Assembly (NCBI RefSeq): GCF_006345805.1
Contig: NC_043000.1
Location: 60,946,001-61,010,000, forward strand
Length of the DNA: 64,000 nt
Direction of reading: 5' to 3'
Origin: Octopus sinensis
Lineage: Eukaryota
Shown piece after piece: positions 28,495 through 41,799 of this stretch. The position numbers and the translations under genes were made by a program. How positions within the stretch are numbered: the stretch's first letter is position 1; every line of letters starts with the position of its first letter. The notes beneath the pieces were generated by a model. It was given only the letters and a program-made list of their open reading frames with translations, made no database searches and was not told the DNA's origin.

Positions 28495-29240
28495 CTTTTC
28501 TACTCTAGACACAATGCCTGAAATTTTTGGGGAGGGGACCGGTTGAGTAAATCGACCTCAGTATGCAACTGGTACTTAATTTAGTGATCCTGAAAGGATG
28601 AAAGGTAAAGTTGACCTTGGCAGAATTTGAACTCAGAACATAAAGACAGATGAAATACCGCTAAGTTCATTGACCCCAGTGCTAGACTGGTACTTATTTT
28701 ATTGGCTCTAGAAAAATGAAAGATAAAATAGACCTCAACAACATTTGAACTCAGAATATAAAGCGAAAAGAAACGCTGCTGAACATTTTATCTCTTATAC
28801 TAAGGTTTCTGTCAGCTTCCTCCTCATCAGTTCTTTTTAGAATAGGCAGAAGGCCTGAAATTTTGTGGGAGGGAGTTAGTTGATTACATCAGCTCCCATG
28901 GTCAAGCAAATGCTTAGTGATATTTCGTCTGCCACTACATTCTAAGTTCAAATTCCGCCGAGGTTAACTTTGCCTTTCATCCTTTCAGGGTCGATTAAAT
29001 AAGTACCACTTACGCACTGGGGGTCGATATAATCGACTTAATCCGTTTGTCTGTCCTTGTTTGTCCTCCCTGTGTTTGGCCCCTTGTGGGTAGTAAAGAA
29101 ATAGGTATTTATTTCAGTGACCCTGAAATGATGAAAGGCAAAGTCAACCTTGGTGGCATTTGAACACAGAACAAAAGAGCCAGAAGAAATACTGTCAAGC
29201 ATTTTGTCTGGTGTGCTAAAGATTCTGCTAGGTTACCACC
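28495..29240. mobile_element. Cluster of SINE family B copies (minus-strand tandem copies plus a young plus-strand copy at 28904-29110)
   Basis: Repeated gaaaggcaaagttgacc...tttgaactcagaac motifs in both orientations. Confidence 0.85.
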
Positions 29241-29277
29241 GTTTATCACCTTAATAATAATAATAATAATAATAATG

Positions 29278-29326
<49 letters not shown>

Positions 29327-29333
29327 TAATAAA

Positions 29334-29386
<53 letters not shown>

Positions 29387-29390
29387 CAAC

Positions 29391-29758
29391 AACAAGAGCA
29401 CTCAGAGAGTGCAAACCTCTGCCAAGGTAACACCAACATCCTCTCAGCAATTAGCCAGAGATGATTATTAAAATGAGAATATCTGAAATAAACTTGACTG
29501 CTCTCACAAATGAGAATACTAAAAATGAACCTGATCGCTCTCAAAATTTAAGTAAAAAAGATGGAAAATTGATCCACAATCCTTGTCTGGTACTGGATCG
29601 ATCCCAAAATCTAATCAGTTCATGACAGTCACAAGGCCAAACATCCCTGAAAGTTTTGTCTGAATCCATCTTGCCGGTTCTTGAGATATCTTGTCCACAG
29701 CCAAACAAACAAACAACTGAAAACAATACCTCTGCCTTTGCTAAGGCGGAGGTAATAA
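29391..29758 (-). mobile_element. Helentron-associated non-autonomous element (HINE / DINE-1-like architecture)
   Basis: Palindromic subterminal repeat acctctgcct...aggcggaggt (29728-29753), matching subterminal copy acctctgccaagg (29415-29427), terminal hairpin gcactc-aga-gagtgc (29398-29412), A/T-rich flanks. Confidence 0.65.
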
Positions 29759-29780
29759 TAATGATGATAAGAAGAAGACC

Positions 29781-29811
<31 letters not shown>

Positions 29812-29919
29812 GCAATCTGTGTAAAGGAGCAGAAGAGATGATGATGTGTTAAACTATGCAACAAGGGATGACACAATCAATTCCTTGTAACCACAACTGA
29901 AGTTGATATTGAACATAGG

Positions 29920-30560
29920 TGGGACAAATTAAAGGAAGGAACTAAGAAAGGAGGCTGAGAGCACTATACTTTGGCCACAAATTGGAGGGTCAACCTTAGA
30001 AATGAGCAAGTGTCTCCATTGTGCTGAATTTGTAATAGATTTGATGAAACCATTCCCCATATTGTGAATAAATGCCCTTGGCTTGCCCAAAATTGATATA
30101 AGCTGTGGTGACACAATTAGATAATGAAAGTGCTGTGGGAAAAGTGGAGGGTAGAGATGTAGTATGAGAGTGACTGAGTTGGAGACCTGCAAAATCCTGT
30201 GGGATTTCCAAATCGAAATGGACTAGGTGCTTGAGCATAACAAGCTGGTCCTAGAGGTGGTAGACAAAGTAAATCACTTTTGCTCTATAACTGATGTGGT
30301 GTGTCCCTTTGACCTACAAATAATTAAAAAGGAAGGTGAGAAAATGCACATATGCAATCCTCTTAAATACAAGATAGCTTGACTGTGGAAAATGAAAAAT
30401 GTGAATATAGTGCTAATTATTGTTGGGTCCTTAGGAAAAGTATCAGAAGGTATAAAGAAGAATATAAGGGAAATAGAAATTGAGTATCCCAGTAGAACTG
30501 TTGCAAAATGCTTGCCTCCTTGGTATGACCAGAATCACCTGGAAAGTATTAGATAGTTGA
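29920..30560 (+). mobile_element. Decayed R4/Dong-type (restriction-like endonuclease) non-LTR retrotransposon 3' end
   Basis: Remnant CCHC region (DETIPHIVNKC), KILWDFQIEMD, VVDK, DVVCPFD, IIVGSLG and ELLQNACLLG...KVLDS* motifs typical of RLE LINE C-termini. Confidence 0.82.
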
Positions 30561-31611
30561 AAAGAACAGATAGCATGGTATCGTAGGGTACAAATAGCTA
30601 GTCTATCATGCATGCAAGACTTCAGGAGTTCCAACAAAAGCAGAGTTAAAAGAAAAAGAATAATGATAAAGGTTTCAAATTCTGGCACAAGGCCAGCAAT
30701 TTTGGGGAGGGGTTAAGTTGATTACATTGACTCCAGTGCTCATCTGGGATGAAAGACAAGGTGTATAAAGATGGATGGAAAGCCACTAGGCATTTTGCCT
30801 GACATGCTAATGATTCTGCCAGCGCTTTGCTACAGATTTGCTTACAAGTATTCTGCTCAAAACCACAGATTTGCTCATGTACATGTTTTGCTTTGGTATA
30901 AAAAATGGGTTACAACAAACATTCAGCTCAATACCTCAGATTTGCTCATGCGCATGTTTTGTTTTAAGCTCAGCAACCTTTTGAGGGAAGGGGCAAGTCA
31001 ATGACATTAAGCTTTGTTATTTTGAAAATTATCCCATTAACAGCTAATGAGAAAGCCAGATGCATTTTGGTTTTGGACCTTGAACAATGGTGAGTACTTA
31101 CAGATAACCACATGCTTGGATGAGATTTGTCCTGTTTGATATAGGAAACAGTTGAATAGAATACTCACAGGTATGGTAAGCAGCCACCTGGCAGAATAAA
31201 AATCTGGTATTCTTAATTGAAGCAGTATAAATGGTTACAAATGGTGCATAGGGATTAAACCTGTTATGGATTAGCAAATTATTCAGTGGGAGAATTCTGA
31301 AAATTCTTGTATTTTCAGTCATTTAAATGCTTTGTAAACCAGAATAAGCTCTGATCTAATGAGCCTATAGGCTCAAGACAGACATAAATATATAAATATA
31401 CATCATCATCATGGTATGGGTTAAACAGTTTGACAGGAGCTGGCCAGGCAGGAGCCAGCACCAATCTCTTTCTGTTTTGGCAGTGTTTTTTATGGCTGGA
31501 TGCTCTTCCTAACACCACCCAGCAGAGTGGACATATACATATATAGTTGTGTGTGTGTGTATGCATACATACCTACACACACACATGTATATATATATAT
31601 ATATCTTTCTT

Positions 31612-32003
31612 TTCTTTTACTTGTTTCAGTCATTTGACTGCGGCCATGCTGGAGCACCGCCTTTAATCGAGCAACTTGACCCCGGGACTTATTCTTTTGT
31701 AAGCCCAGTACTTATTCTATCGGTCTCTTTTGCCGAACCGCTAAGTAACGGGGACATAAACACACCAGCATCGGTTGTCAAGCAATGCTAGGGGGACAAA
31801 CACAGACACACAAACACACACACGCATATATATATATACATATATACGACAGGCTTCTTTCAGTTTCTGTCTACCAAATCCACTCACAAGGCTTTGGTCG
31901 GCCCGAGGCTATAGTAGAAGACACTTGCCCAAGGTGCCACGTAGTGGGACTGAACCCGGAACCATGTGGTTGGTAAACAAGCTACTTACTACACAGCCAC
32001 TCA
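31612..32003 (-). mobile_element. SINE family A copy (young)
   Basis: Nearly identical to 26031-26422 and 38425-38829. Confidence 0.9.
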
Positions 32004-32005
32004 TG

Positions 32006-32037
<32 letters not shown>

Positions 32038-33214
32038 AACTAACTCTACTTTTTATAGCTGATTCTTATCTGGGGTGGAACAAGAACTAGAATCATGAAA
32101 CTGAGCCCAATGTGATTTAAATGAAGGACAGGGAACTAGTTTCCAGTGAATACCATTCAGTTTTAATGGATGAAACAAGGAAGGCAACATTTTAACTACT
32201 AAGGCTATAATCATCTATGTGAATGAACTGCAGATGGTATTGAACCTTTAAGGATGTTCTGAAGGCTGTCGAGAGCAACTAGGAAATATGTAATATGCAA
32301 CTCCTTGTGGATACTGGAGGAAAACTGCTGCCCCTTGTGAAAACATGTGCAAGATATAATAACCAACCAGTTGGAACTTATTCAATTAAAAATATTAAAA
32401 TTTTATCATAAGTTGACTTGGGGAAATGAATAGTCAATAGAAAAAAATACCAGTTACAGACTGGAGTCAGTTCAACCAATTATACATATGCATACTTTAT
32501 CAATAACAATTATCTATATTTATTATATACACTTATGCTACTGACCTCCCCAATGGATTGAAAATAAAGTGAATTCCATTAGGATTTGAATGCTGATATG
32601 TTAGACACCACACTAGACATATTACTGCTTCTAGTTCATGCTCTTGTCTTTGTTGCAACCTATATCATAGCATAAATAAATAATTGCCATCCAAACAATC
32701 ATTGTATGTATATAACAGCATGCAGAATATCTATATTTTATTTCAGATGATAATTCATTAGACTTCACAATTCTTAAATGTCCACCAATAATTTCTTTAG
32801 AAAGAAATATTTGATGAAGTGGTGCACAAATGCCTTGCTAAAATGTATGACAGCACTTGGTCTAACTTTAAAATGAAAAGAAATGAAAGTAAATAGATTA
32901 TCAATAAGACAGAGTTTGTTAAGTCAGTGCACCTAGAAATCATTGTAATTCAGTTACTATTGTGAACTTTCTATGCAATTTATGAGTCCCAGAAACTATA
33001 GGGTCGTGGGAGAGTCAGTAAAAGCTTTTTATTCATGTAGTGCATTTAGGGTTATTGTTTATTTAACCTGAAGCAGACTTGATTGAGCAAATCTACAATC
33101 AAAGACAATCCAGCAATGACCATCTTATCGTTATTTCAGGCAAAGTGTATCTAGAACTACATTATCCAATATGTCCTTTCATGTTTAAAACAACATAGCT
33201 ATTATTTGTAGAAG

Positions 33215-33432
33215 GTTTAAGGTGGTGAACTGGCAGAATTAACATGCTGGGTAAAATGCATAGGGACATTTCATCTTTAAGTTCTGAGTTCAAATCTGGC
33301 AAGTTGACTTTGCCTTTCATTCTTACTGGGTTGACAAAATAAGAACCAGTTGAACACTAGTGGGGTGGGGTCAATGTAATTGACATCCCCTCCTCTGAAA
33401 TTGCTGGCCTTGTGCCAAAATTGAAAATCATT
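33215..33432 (+). mobile_element. SINE family B copy (diverged, full length)
   Basis: ggtgaactggcagaatt...gttcaaatctggc...gactttgcctttcat...ggccttgtgccaaaattg. Confidence 0.8.
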
Positions 33433-34289
33433 ATTTGTAGCAGGTTTAGTGGCCAAGTAGAAGCCTTCTCATTATATCCATATGTTTAGAGTAAGTTTGT
33501 TTGACAGAGTTCATTTCTCTCTCTAAATTTATGTCACAAAAGTTGAATTCAGCACTGCAACTTTTCAAAAATGTTATATTCCTTTTAAAAGTAGTGTGAC
33601 CCATCTCTGCAGCTAAGTCAGCTTCCCCATTTGAGAATTAAGTGTCTTGGCTGTAGCCTGTCTCTGTACTCCTAACTTCTTGGCTGTTTGTCCATCAGTC
33701 TCCTGAGCTGGATTACAGCACCCCACAACATCAACAACTTTTTATTTGCATGCATTACATATTTAGAAAATCAAAATATATAGTACTGAAACTACTTCTA
33801 AGCAACTCATGAATTAGAATGGGTAATTAAAACACCTGGGAGCTACAAGGATAACTGTTAGTAGATGCTTAAATTGGTTCTAATCACCTGTCCATCACTT
33901 TCTCTTTACCCTCTATAGTTTATTTCTCATCTCTTTCCTGTTGTTAAAGAATGATGGAGTGGTACTATGAGATGTGGATGGGTGAGTTGTGAAGTGTATT
34001 TGTGGTTACTGTTTACTGATACTGAATAGGAAGTAATTTCTTTCATCATCTTTGAGCCTGTTCTTGGACCTGTAACTAGAAATATTCTGGAAACTGTTGC
34101 TCCCAGAACCTGCTGTTGATATTACTTTTTCAATTTTTATTCTTTTCTAATGCAACTGGATAGAAAGCCTTCATCTGGATCTTGTCGCATATTTTATACA
34201 ATAATGACAATAAGAAAAAATATGAGGAGATAAGTGGTGATTTAACAAAAAGAAAACATTTGTCCATCTTTTTTGTCCACTATTTCTGG

Positions 34290-34640
34290 GAGGTTGTAGT
34301 GGGGTTGGTAGAGTCCTCAGGTACCACCTCTATGAGGTCCTATCAAAAGCATCTGTCATTAGACTTTCCAGTTGAATTCTTAAGCATGACCAACTGAAAC
34401 TATGAATATTATCCAACATCTCATTTTTGGTCTACCACTAGGTTTCCTGCTGGTTGGCTTGACTTGAAGAATCCATCCTTTGATTCTTTTCTGTGACATT
34501 CTAATCATGTCTATAGTCCCAGAACTGTGACCTCTCAATATGAAGAAATAGTGGTTTGACCTGGTGAGACTCCCTGATCGCCAAGCTATATACTCTGTTG
34601 AGAAACATTACTCCAGAGTTGTTTTGGAGGAATTCCATTT
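34290..34640 (-). mobile_element. Decayed RTE-clade (Rex3/Expander-like) LINE 3' end, same family as 9195-9560
   Basis: Minus strand PLFLHIERSQ...IRMSQKRI...KPTSRKPSGRPKMR, with frameshifts. Confidence 0.72.
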
Positions 34641-35049
34641 TAGTTACTTGTATTTGCAATCATACTCTTTCTGTTGTTACCCAAAATTTATAACCATAGA
34701 TGAAACTGAACTGATGCCAGTGAGTTTGTCACAAACTTATATTTTATTAATGATATTGGTACAAACATGGGTGTGTTTATGAAATTTAGTTCACATTCAT
34801 GTGGTTTTGCATTCAATTGACAAAAGTCTTCAACCGTAGATTTGGGCCAGCAGAAATATATTGAGGAAGATTCAGTATCCATGCATGCATGCATGCATGC
34901 ATGGATGTATGTATGTATGTATGTATGTATGTATGTATGTATGTATGTATGTATGTATGTATGTATGTATGTATGTATGTATGTATGTTTGCTTGCATGT
35001 ATATATGTATGTAAAAATGTGTGTGTGTGTATGAATAAAGAGAGTGAGA

Positions 35050-37500
35050 GCACATATATGCATGTGTGTGTGTGTGTGTAGAGAGAAAATAAAGCGGGGA
35101 GAGGGAGCGAGAGCGAGAGGTAAAAAAAAAAGATATAAATAAAATGTAATTATACGATGCAAATATTCCTCCCTTTGAAATAATTTAAAAAAACAGCCAG
35201 CCCTTATCGATCCTTTTATATTATTTTATTTTTGCGAGTAAAGAAGAAAATCTCATATTAAAGCCATAAAAAAGACACACAAACGAAACGTAAAATTTTA
35301 CATGATAAACGTCATATAAAAATTTAAGCATGACGTAAACCTCTACTTCTGTCTTTTGTCAACAAATCAACATTCTCATCTCACCCCCACTCTTTCTCTT
35401 TCGACAATAGATGCTGCATCAATGCATTGGAATGCTTTTAAAGGCATAAAAGTCTTACACTTGTCTGTTGGTCCCAAGCGCTCCCTTTGGCAGTGACCAA
35501 TGCTAATTTTTACAATAATTCGTAACAAGCAACACGAAAACATCAGCCTTTGTTTTTGGACTGATTTACATGACTAAATAAAAAAAAGAAAAAAACCATC
35601 AGTTTGCGTTTAAATAGCGCCCGTTGTTTAAACGAACTCCTCTAATATTTCGATTAATTAGCTCTTGGAAAATGTTCTTCGTGCGAAGAATGATTTTTGT
35701 ACCAATTCTTTTTATACGGTTTTGTAACTGAAAATGTCAATTCGAGAATAATTATATAAATAACAGAGGTTTAATAATTATAGCTTATTATTTATATATA
35801 TGATGGTGATGCCAGTGCTCTAGCATGACCGTATGCAATATTAAAATAATTATATGTAAACCTCAACTTGCTCGTTTCGACTTACATCTTTTCGAATTTA
35901 TATGCTTATTTTACGGAAATTAATAGGAAGGAATTAAGCTTCAAGTTAATAAGCTTCAAGTTCAGTCGATTTATTCGACTTTACGTCAAGAGCATAAAAA
36001 TTATGAAAAGAAAACATTTAAAAACTAGAACTGAAGCGGAAATTCAAATAAAATACACGTGAAAACATGTACAAACAATTTATTACAATAGATTTAAGCT
36101 AATAGATTTTTAAAATGTTTCTTCCTGTTACATCGTTTTCCGATTTAAGTCGCATGTCTTGGAAACTGTTACCGACGTAAGTTGAGGTGTGTGTGTGTCA
36201 ACATAAAAGTATGTGATGAATCGGAGCGTGCTTTTACATCAACAACAAATTATTTACTATCAATCGTTTCCTCTGCATACATAAAATTGTGATGTTTTAT
36301 TAAAGAAACTCAAATTCGCGCATATACTTCTGTAAGTGATTCTATTAAAATCTGACATTCGTAGCGGCAAGAACAGAGTAATAGCAGCACCAACAGTCTT
36401 AGTAAGTAAATTTCTTAAAAGATTTGGGTTTTACCTTTCAGATAACAGAGAAGAGTTAATTTATTGCCCGCGAATGTGTGTATGTGTGTGCGTGTGTGCG
36501 TGCGTGTGTGTGCGTGTGTGTGAGTGAGTGAGTGTGTGTGTATACGTATATATGATGGATATGTATGTATGCGCATTTATATTTGTGCGTATATATATGT
36601 TTAACAACGTCACTGTATCAGTGAGCATATCGTAGATGTATGACGGAATATTTTTGGTACTCATTAGTCACGAAATAAATGGCACGAACATAAAGGAATA
36701 TGCGTGCATTTGCATGTCTCTTCCACTATGTTAAGTTTCGGTTTCAACGCCATCTCAAGTGATCTGAAGTCACTTGACAAATGAACCCAACACACGAACA
36801 CACGCACCAACGAGCGCACCCACAGAGGTGGATAAATACGTATAAACGTAAACACGCTTAAAAACTAGGTACACACGCACTTACAAAATTAGGAACCATA
36901 AAATAAAATCTATATCAAATTAAAGTAAAATCGATATTATCAATGTGTAAAAAGGCTCTGCATATTTATTACCCTGTGTATATCTTGTATTAATAATTAA
37001 ATATATATACACGACTAGACAAATACGTAATCACACAGTCGCAGACGCACACATGGCTATCTCATACTTGCAGAATCGAAGCATATTAAAAACGACAATC
37101 GGATAAATAATATGAAGTCTAAATAATGGAATGCAAGAAAAAGCATGACTCTGTGCTATATATCCCACCCCGTTATCTCTCTCTTTTTTTTTTTTAATCT
37201 TACATGAGAACTACATCTCATAATTCTCTTCCTCCATACACCGCCTACCCAGCTTCTCTCATTTCAATGAAAAAACAATCTGCCTTAAAATGTTTGTCTC
37301 TTGCATGAGTGATGCCTTCGAATTAACCACACAATACGCGCTCGCACGCGTACACACACACACACGATCGAGCGCGCGCGCGCACACGCACGCACGCACG
37401 CAGAATTCCGTTTTCAATTTTCTTGAGAACTGCCTTAAAATCGCCCCTGCCCTCTTTTGCACACACAGTGGAATCAATCTTCATGTTATATTCTTTAACA
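35050..37500. promoter_or_regulatory. CpG-enriched, SINE-free segment, possible promoter region
   Basis: CpG dinucleotides are visibly more frequent than in the flanks (not quantified); no SINE copy was recognised within it. Confidence 0.35.
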
Positions 37501-37769
37501 ACTCAATAGAAATAATGAATAGGATACAAAAAAAAAAAAAAACAGAATCTGATAAATGAAAAGAAGAAACAACATCTTAAAAGATGTTTTTTCCTCCTTT
37601 AATCAAAGGAGTAACAATTCAGAGAGTTTTTTTTTTCTTTCTGTTTTTATTCAGTTTCATTTTCACTTAAGTTTATGAATTTTGACAACTTACATTTATC
37701 TATTACATTGCTTCATCATACATATCTTACAGGTATCTATCTTCCCTTCATTCCTTTTATCATCAGGTA

Positions 37770-37797
37770 ATGAATGATTCCCACCCTGACAACTTTG
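37770..37797 (+). CDS. Candidate short coding exon (MNDSHPDNF), exon 37767-37797
   Basis: Long polypyrimidine acceptor and a perfect GTGAGT donor, just downstream of the CpG-rich segment. Confidence 0.25.
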
Positions 37798-38129
37798 GTG
37801 AGTTCTTCAACAAGCACTACATGCTCACCTTACAGTATTTGTTCTAGCTCTACATTTTGGTTAAATCCTGCCAAAGTCAACTTTGGCTCCTCTGGGAGCC
37901 ATAAAATAAAGAAGCAATCAAGCACAGGTATACATCAGCTTAGGTTGCTAATTGGTTCCAAGATATATGCCTTAACCCACAAAATGATATAACACAGAAA
38001 AACATTTTTAAAGATCTAGTATCTCATATCTATTTTAATAAATGGTTTCTACATAATTTCACACATTTTTCATTTGATTCTTTCATTCCAGTATTGCTTT
38101 TTAGGTCATTTAAAAAAAAAAATTTTTTG

Positions 38130-38345
38130 TTTTTACATATGTCCAATATAAAGGGAGAGTTTACAAAAAAAAAATAAAAGACGAAGACAGGTGGTGTACA
38201 AAACAAACAGATGTATTAGTATAACGCTCAGGAATAGAAAAAGTCTTTTACGTTTCGAGCCTATGCTCTTCTACAAAAAGGGACACAGAAAAAAACAAGG
38301 AGAAAAAAAAAATGTGTGTAGTGGCTAATGATCTATCATGGTGAC
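38130..38345 (-). mobile_element. Penelope-like terminal-repeat remnant containing a minimal hammerhead-like motif (38243-38284)
   Basis: Minus strand CUUU-UUGUAGA-A-GAGC-auag-GCUC-GAAACGUA-AAAG; palindromic ACGU helix III; two core substitutions. PLE origin is inferred. Confidence 0.5.
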
Positions 38346-38424
38346 TGAAACCTATATAAAGTTGGATAAATTGATAGAAGTTGAGATGTATTTTCTTGAT
38401 TAATTTCTTAAAAAAGAATGATGT

Positions 38425-38829
38425 AGCTGTGTGGTAAGTAGCTTGCTAACCAACCAGATGGTTCCGGGTTCAGTCCCACTGCGTGGCATCTTGGGCAAGT
38501 GTCTTCTGCTATAGCCCCGGGCCGACCAATGCCTTGTGAGTGGATTTGGTAGACGGAAACTGAAAGAAGCCTGTCGTATATATGTATATATATATATATG
38601 TATGTGTGTGTGTTTGTGTGTCTGTGTTTGTTCCCCTAGCATTGCTTGACAACTGATGCTGGTGTGTTTACGTCTCCGTCACTTAGCGGTTCGGCAAAAA
38701 AAAGAGACCGATAGAATAAGTACTGGGCTTACAAAAAGAATAAGTCCCGGGGTCAAGTTACTCGACTAAAGGCGGTGCTCCAGCATGGCCTCAGTCAAAT
38801 GACTGAAACAAGTAAAAGAGTAAAAGAGA
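38425..38829 (+). mobile_element. SINE family A copy (young)
   Basis: Same consensus; (AAAAGAGT)-type tail. Confidence 0.9.
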
Positions 38830-39174
38830 GAGTAAGATATAACTTAAAACTACATAAGTTAAGGTATCCAGCATTGTGTTAATGGTATTAACTAACTCCT
38901 TCTTTCAAAGCTGCTGTCCTTGTGCCTAAATTAGAAACAATTACTTTTTGTGTTAAATCTGTATTTATTAATTCATGCACGATTCCAGTTTGAAAATTGC
39001 TTCACATAACTTTTCTAATGGGAAAGGTATGAATGTCATAATTTTGCATTTTCTGTCTCCCTGTAATATAAAAGTTTTGTTAGCCAGAGAGAGGACTTTT
39101 GTGTGCTTGCTCAACCTATCAGAAACAGTAGTGAAACGATGTACATTACTGAATCAAACTTAATATATTCTTTC

Positions 39175-39515
39175 AAATATCTGCACAAGTCTAGCAATTT
39201 TAGAGGATGAGTAAGCTGATAGTTTGTTCAACTGAAACTTATTTTATTGACCTCAAAAGGATGAAAGGCTGAGTTGATCGCAGCAGCATATGAAGTCAGA
39301 ACATAAAGAATCAAAAGAAATGCTGCTAAACATTTTTGCCCAGCACTGTAACAGATCTGCCAGCTTCCTGCCTTAGAATAATTCTTTCTACTATACATAC
39401 AAAGCCTGAAATTTCAGGGGAGGGGTATGGTTGATGTAATTAACTTGTACTTATTTTATTAACTTTGAAAAGATAAGAGGCAATGTTGAGCTCTGCGAAA
39501 TTTGGATTCAGAATG
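39175..39515 (-). mobile_element. Two tandem diverged SINE family B copies
   Basis: Repeated body motif gaaaggctgagttgatc / gaggcaatgttgagctc. Confidence 0.72.
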
Positions 39516-39589
39516 CAAAGCTGGAAATCTTGTCCAGCTTACTAACAATTCTGCCAATCTGCTGCCCTTTCCAGTTTTAAGTGGAAAGA

Positions 39590-39955
39590 AACTCTGGGAG
39601 AGCATAACAGCAGGTAGTCCTCAGATGAGAAACCCCCTTTAGACAAGTGTTTCGGCCCTTAACTCCTGACACTCTAGGGGGTTGGGCCACATTCAAGTCA
39701 TGACTCCTGGATATCCACCTGCTGTCCGTTTTAGTATGCCTTAGGTGGGATTGGTTTCTCTGGTTTCTAGCACTGCTGTGATGTGTGCTGCGGCCCCGAG
39801 AAGGGCTAAGTACCCATTTCCAGCTGAGTACACTAGCGAGCGCTTGGACGACTGAAGTGTGAGGGTTCTTTTTTTGCTCACAGTCCCAGTGGGATTCGAA
39901 CCTGGATCGCCGGCTCCAGAGGCACAGGCCTACACAACTACATCAATCTGGCACT
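39590..39955 (-). mobile_element. GC-rich tRNA-derived SINE (family F), single copy in the window
   Basis: Minus-strand head with B-box ggttcgaatccc, Nin/Deu-like gtgtactcagctggaaatgggtac, and a unique 3' part. Confidence 0.68.
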
Positions 39956-40469
39956 TGCTTGAATTGGGGAAAATTGATATTTCACTGGAGGTCAGTGGAA
40001 GTTATACAACTCTAGTGGAGAGGGATAGGATTAGATTGTGTAATTTTAACTGCGCTCAACCATTTCTGTCTATAGAACAAATCTGAGATCTATCAAGACA
40101 GTATCAATGTGGTTGTTTGCCTTGCTTGAAAAAGCAACCAAATTCCTTCAAATCACATCCTGCCATCTTAAGAAAAAAGGAAAGCTATAGGAAGGCTGTA
40201 TTGGACAGTGTCGTACTACTAACTGCTAAGATAATAGAATGGTCATGGCTGGAATGCTTTTGATCATAGATTTGCTCAGTAAGAGCGAGAATAGGGTTTA
40301 AATGGCAATGGAATAAATCTCATCAGATCAAGACCTTACAGCTTTAAACGAAAAAAAGAAATACATATTGGATAATGTAGGACAGGATGCATCATCACAA
40401 ATGGAATGCCTTTGATCATGGATCTGGTTGACTGGGCTAGACATGAAGCTTAAACAACAGAAATGACAA

Positions 40470-41610
40470 CAAAAATGATGATGATGATGATGATGACGAT
40501 GATGATGAAGAAGATGATGACGATGATGATGAAGAAGGTGATGATGATGATAATGATGACGATGGTGATGAATGACGATGATGACAATGATGATGTTGAA
40601 GTTGATGATGATGATGATGCTCATGATGGTTGTCATCATCTCACCTCTTCCACCATCTCCATCATTACCACCACTACCACCAGCACCACCAGCACCACCA
40701 GCAGGAGCAGCAGCACCACCACCACTAGCAGCAGCACCAGCACCCCCACACCCTCACTACCACCACCACTACCATTGTTGCCACTATAACCACAGCTGGC
40801 ACCACCACCACGCCCTCCTCCCACCATAGAATCAGAATGTTTTCTATTTGGGACAGAACAAGGCTATTAGATTTTTATTTTCCTTTCTCATTATGTATAC
40901 ATATACTGTTACATACACACATTCATGCACACCATATGACACACACATACATATATACATGTATCACTTGCAGAGAGACACACTCATGCACTATCAGATA
41001 TAAAGCAACACATACACACACTTGTGCATGTCCCGTTACACATGTAAACATGCATACACACAGACACAAACACTCAATATGACATATACATACACACACA
41101 GACATGCACTCTCTGTTATGCACATAGACTTACGCACACATACACACATTCATGTATGCCCTGTTACACACACACATACACTACTTGTTTCACACAAAGG
41201 TACACACACACACACACACACACAAACACTCATTCACAGACTCACTGTTACACACATGCACATACACATACAAACACCCACACACACGTCTAGGGATGCA
41301 CACACACAAACACCCACCCACACATATACACACACAGATGTGCACACACACACACATACACCTAGACATACATACACACTATCACATACACTTATACTTC
41401 TTGATCCACACACACACTCACATTTACATACACCCAGACACACACAACACACACACACACAACACACACACACACACACATACACACACAAGCACACACA
41501 CAAGCACACACACATAAGCACACACACACTCAATATTCTCTCGCCTTTTTTCTTCTTTTTTTCTTCTATTTATTCTATATCCTTTCAACACACACACACA
41601 CACACAATAG
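40470..41610. repeat. (GAT)n and (CAC/CAG)n trinucleotide arrays followed by a ~700-bp cryptic (CA)-rich repeat
   Basis: Direct reading. Confidence 0.95.
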
Positions 41611-41799
41611 CATGGTATTTTATGTATTATCTGTAATTCTCTTTTGTCTCATTCATAATAGCATTTGACATTACAATTCTCCTGTGTTTTAGCTGTTTCA
41701 ATTTGCTGTTACTGTGTGATAACAATGATTATTTTAGTCATGAAAAATTATCCGTATTAATCAAACTTATCTACTATATGTTGTTGTTGAGTCCCGGGT

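Noticed and set aside
40328-41636. Poly-Met/Asp/His/Thr and HT-rich ORFs up to 204 aa
   Set aside because: Derived from trinucleotide and (CA)-rich simple repeats.
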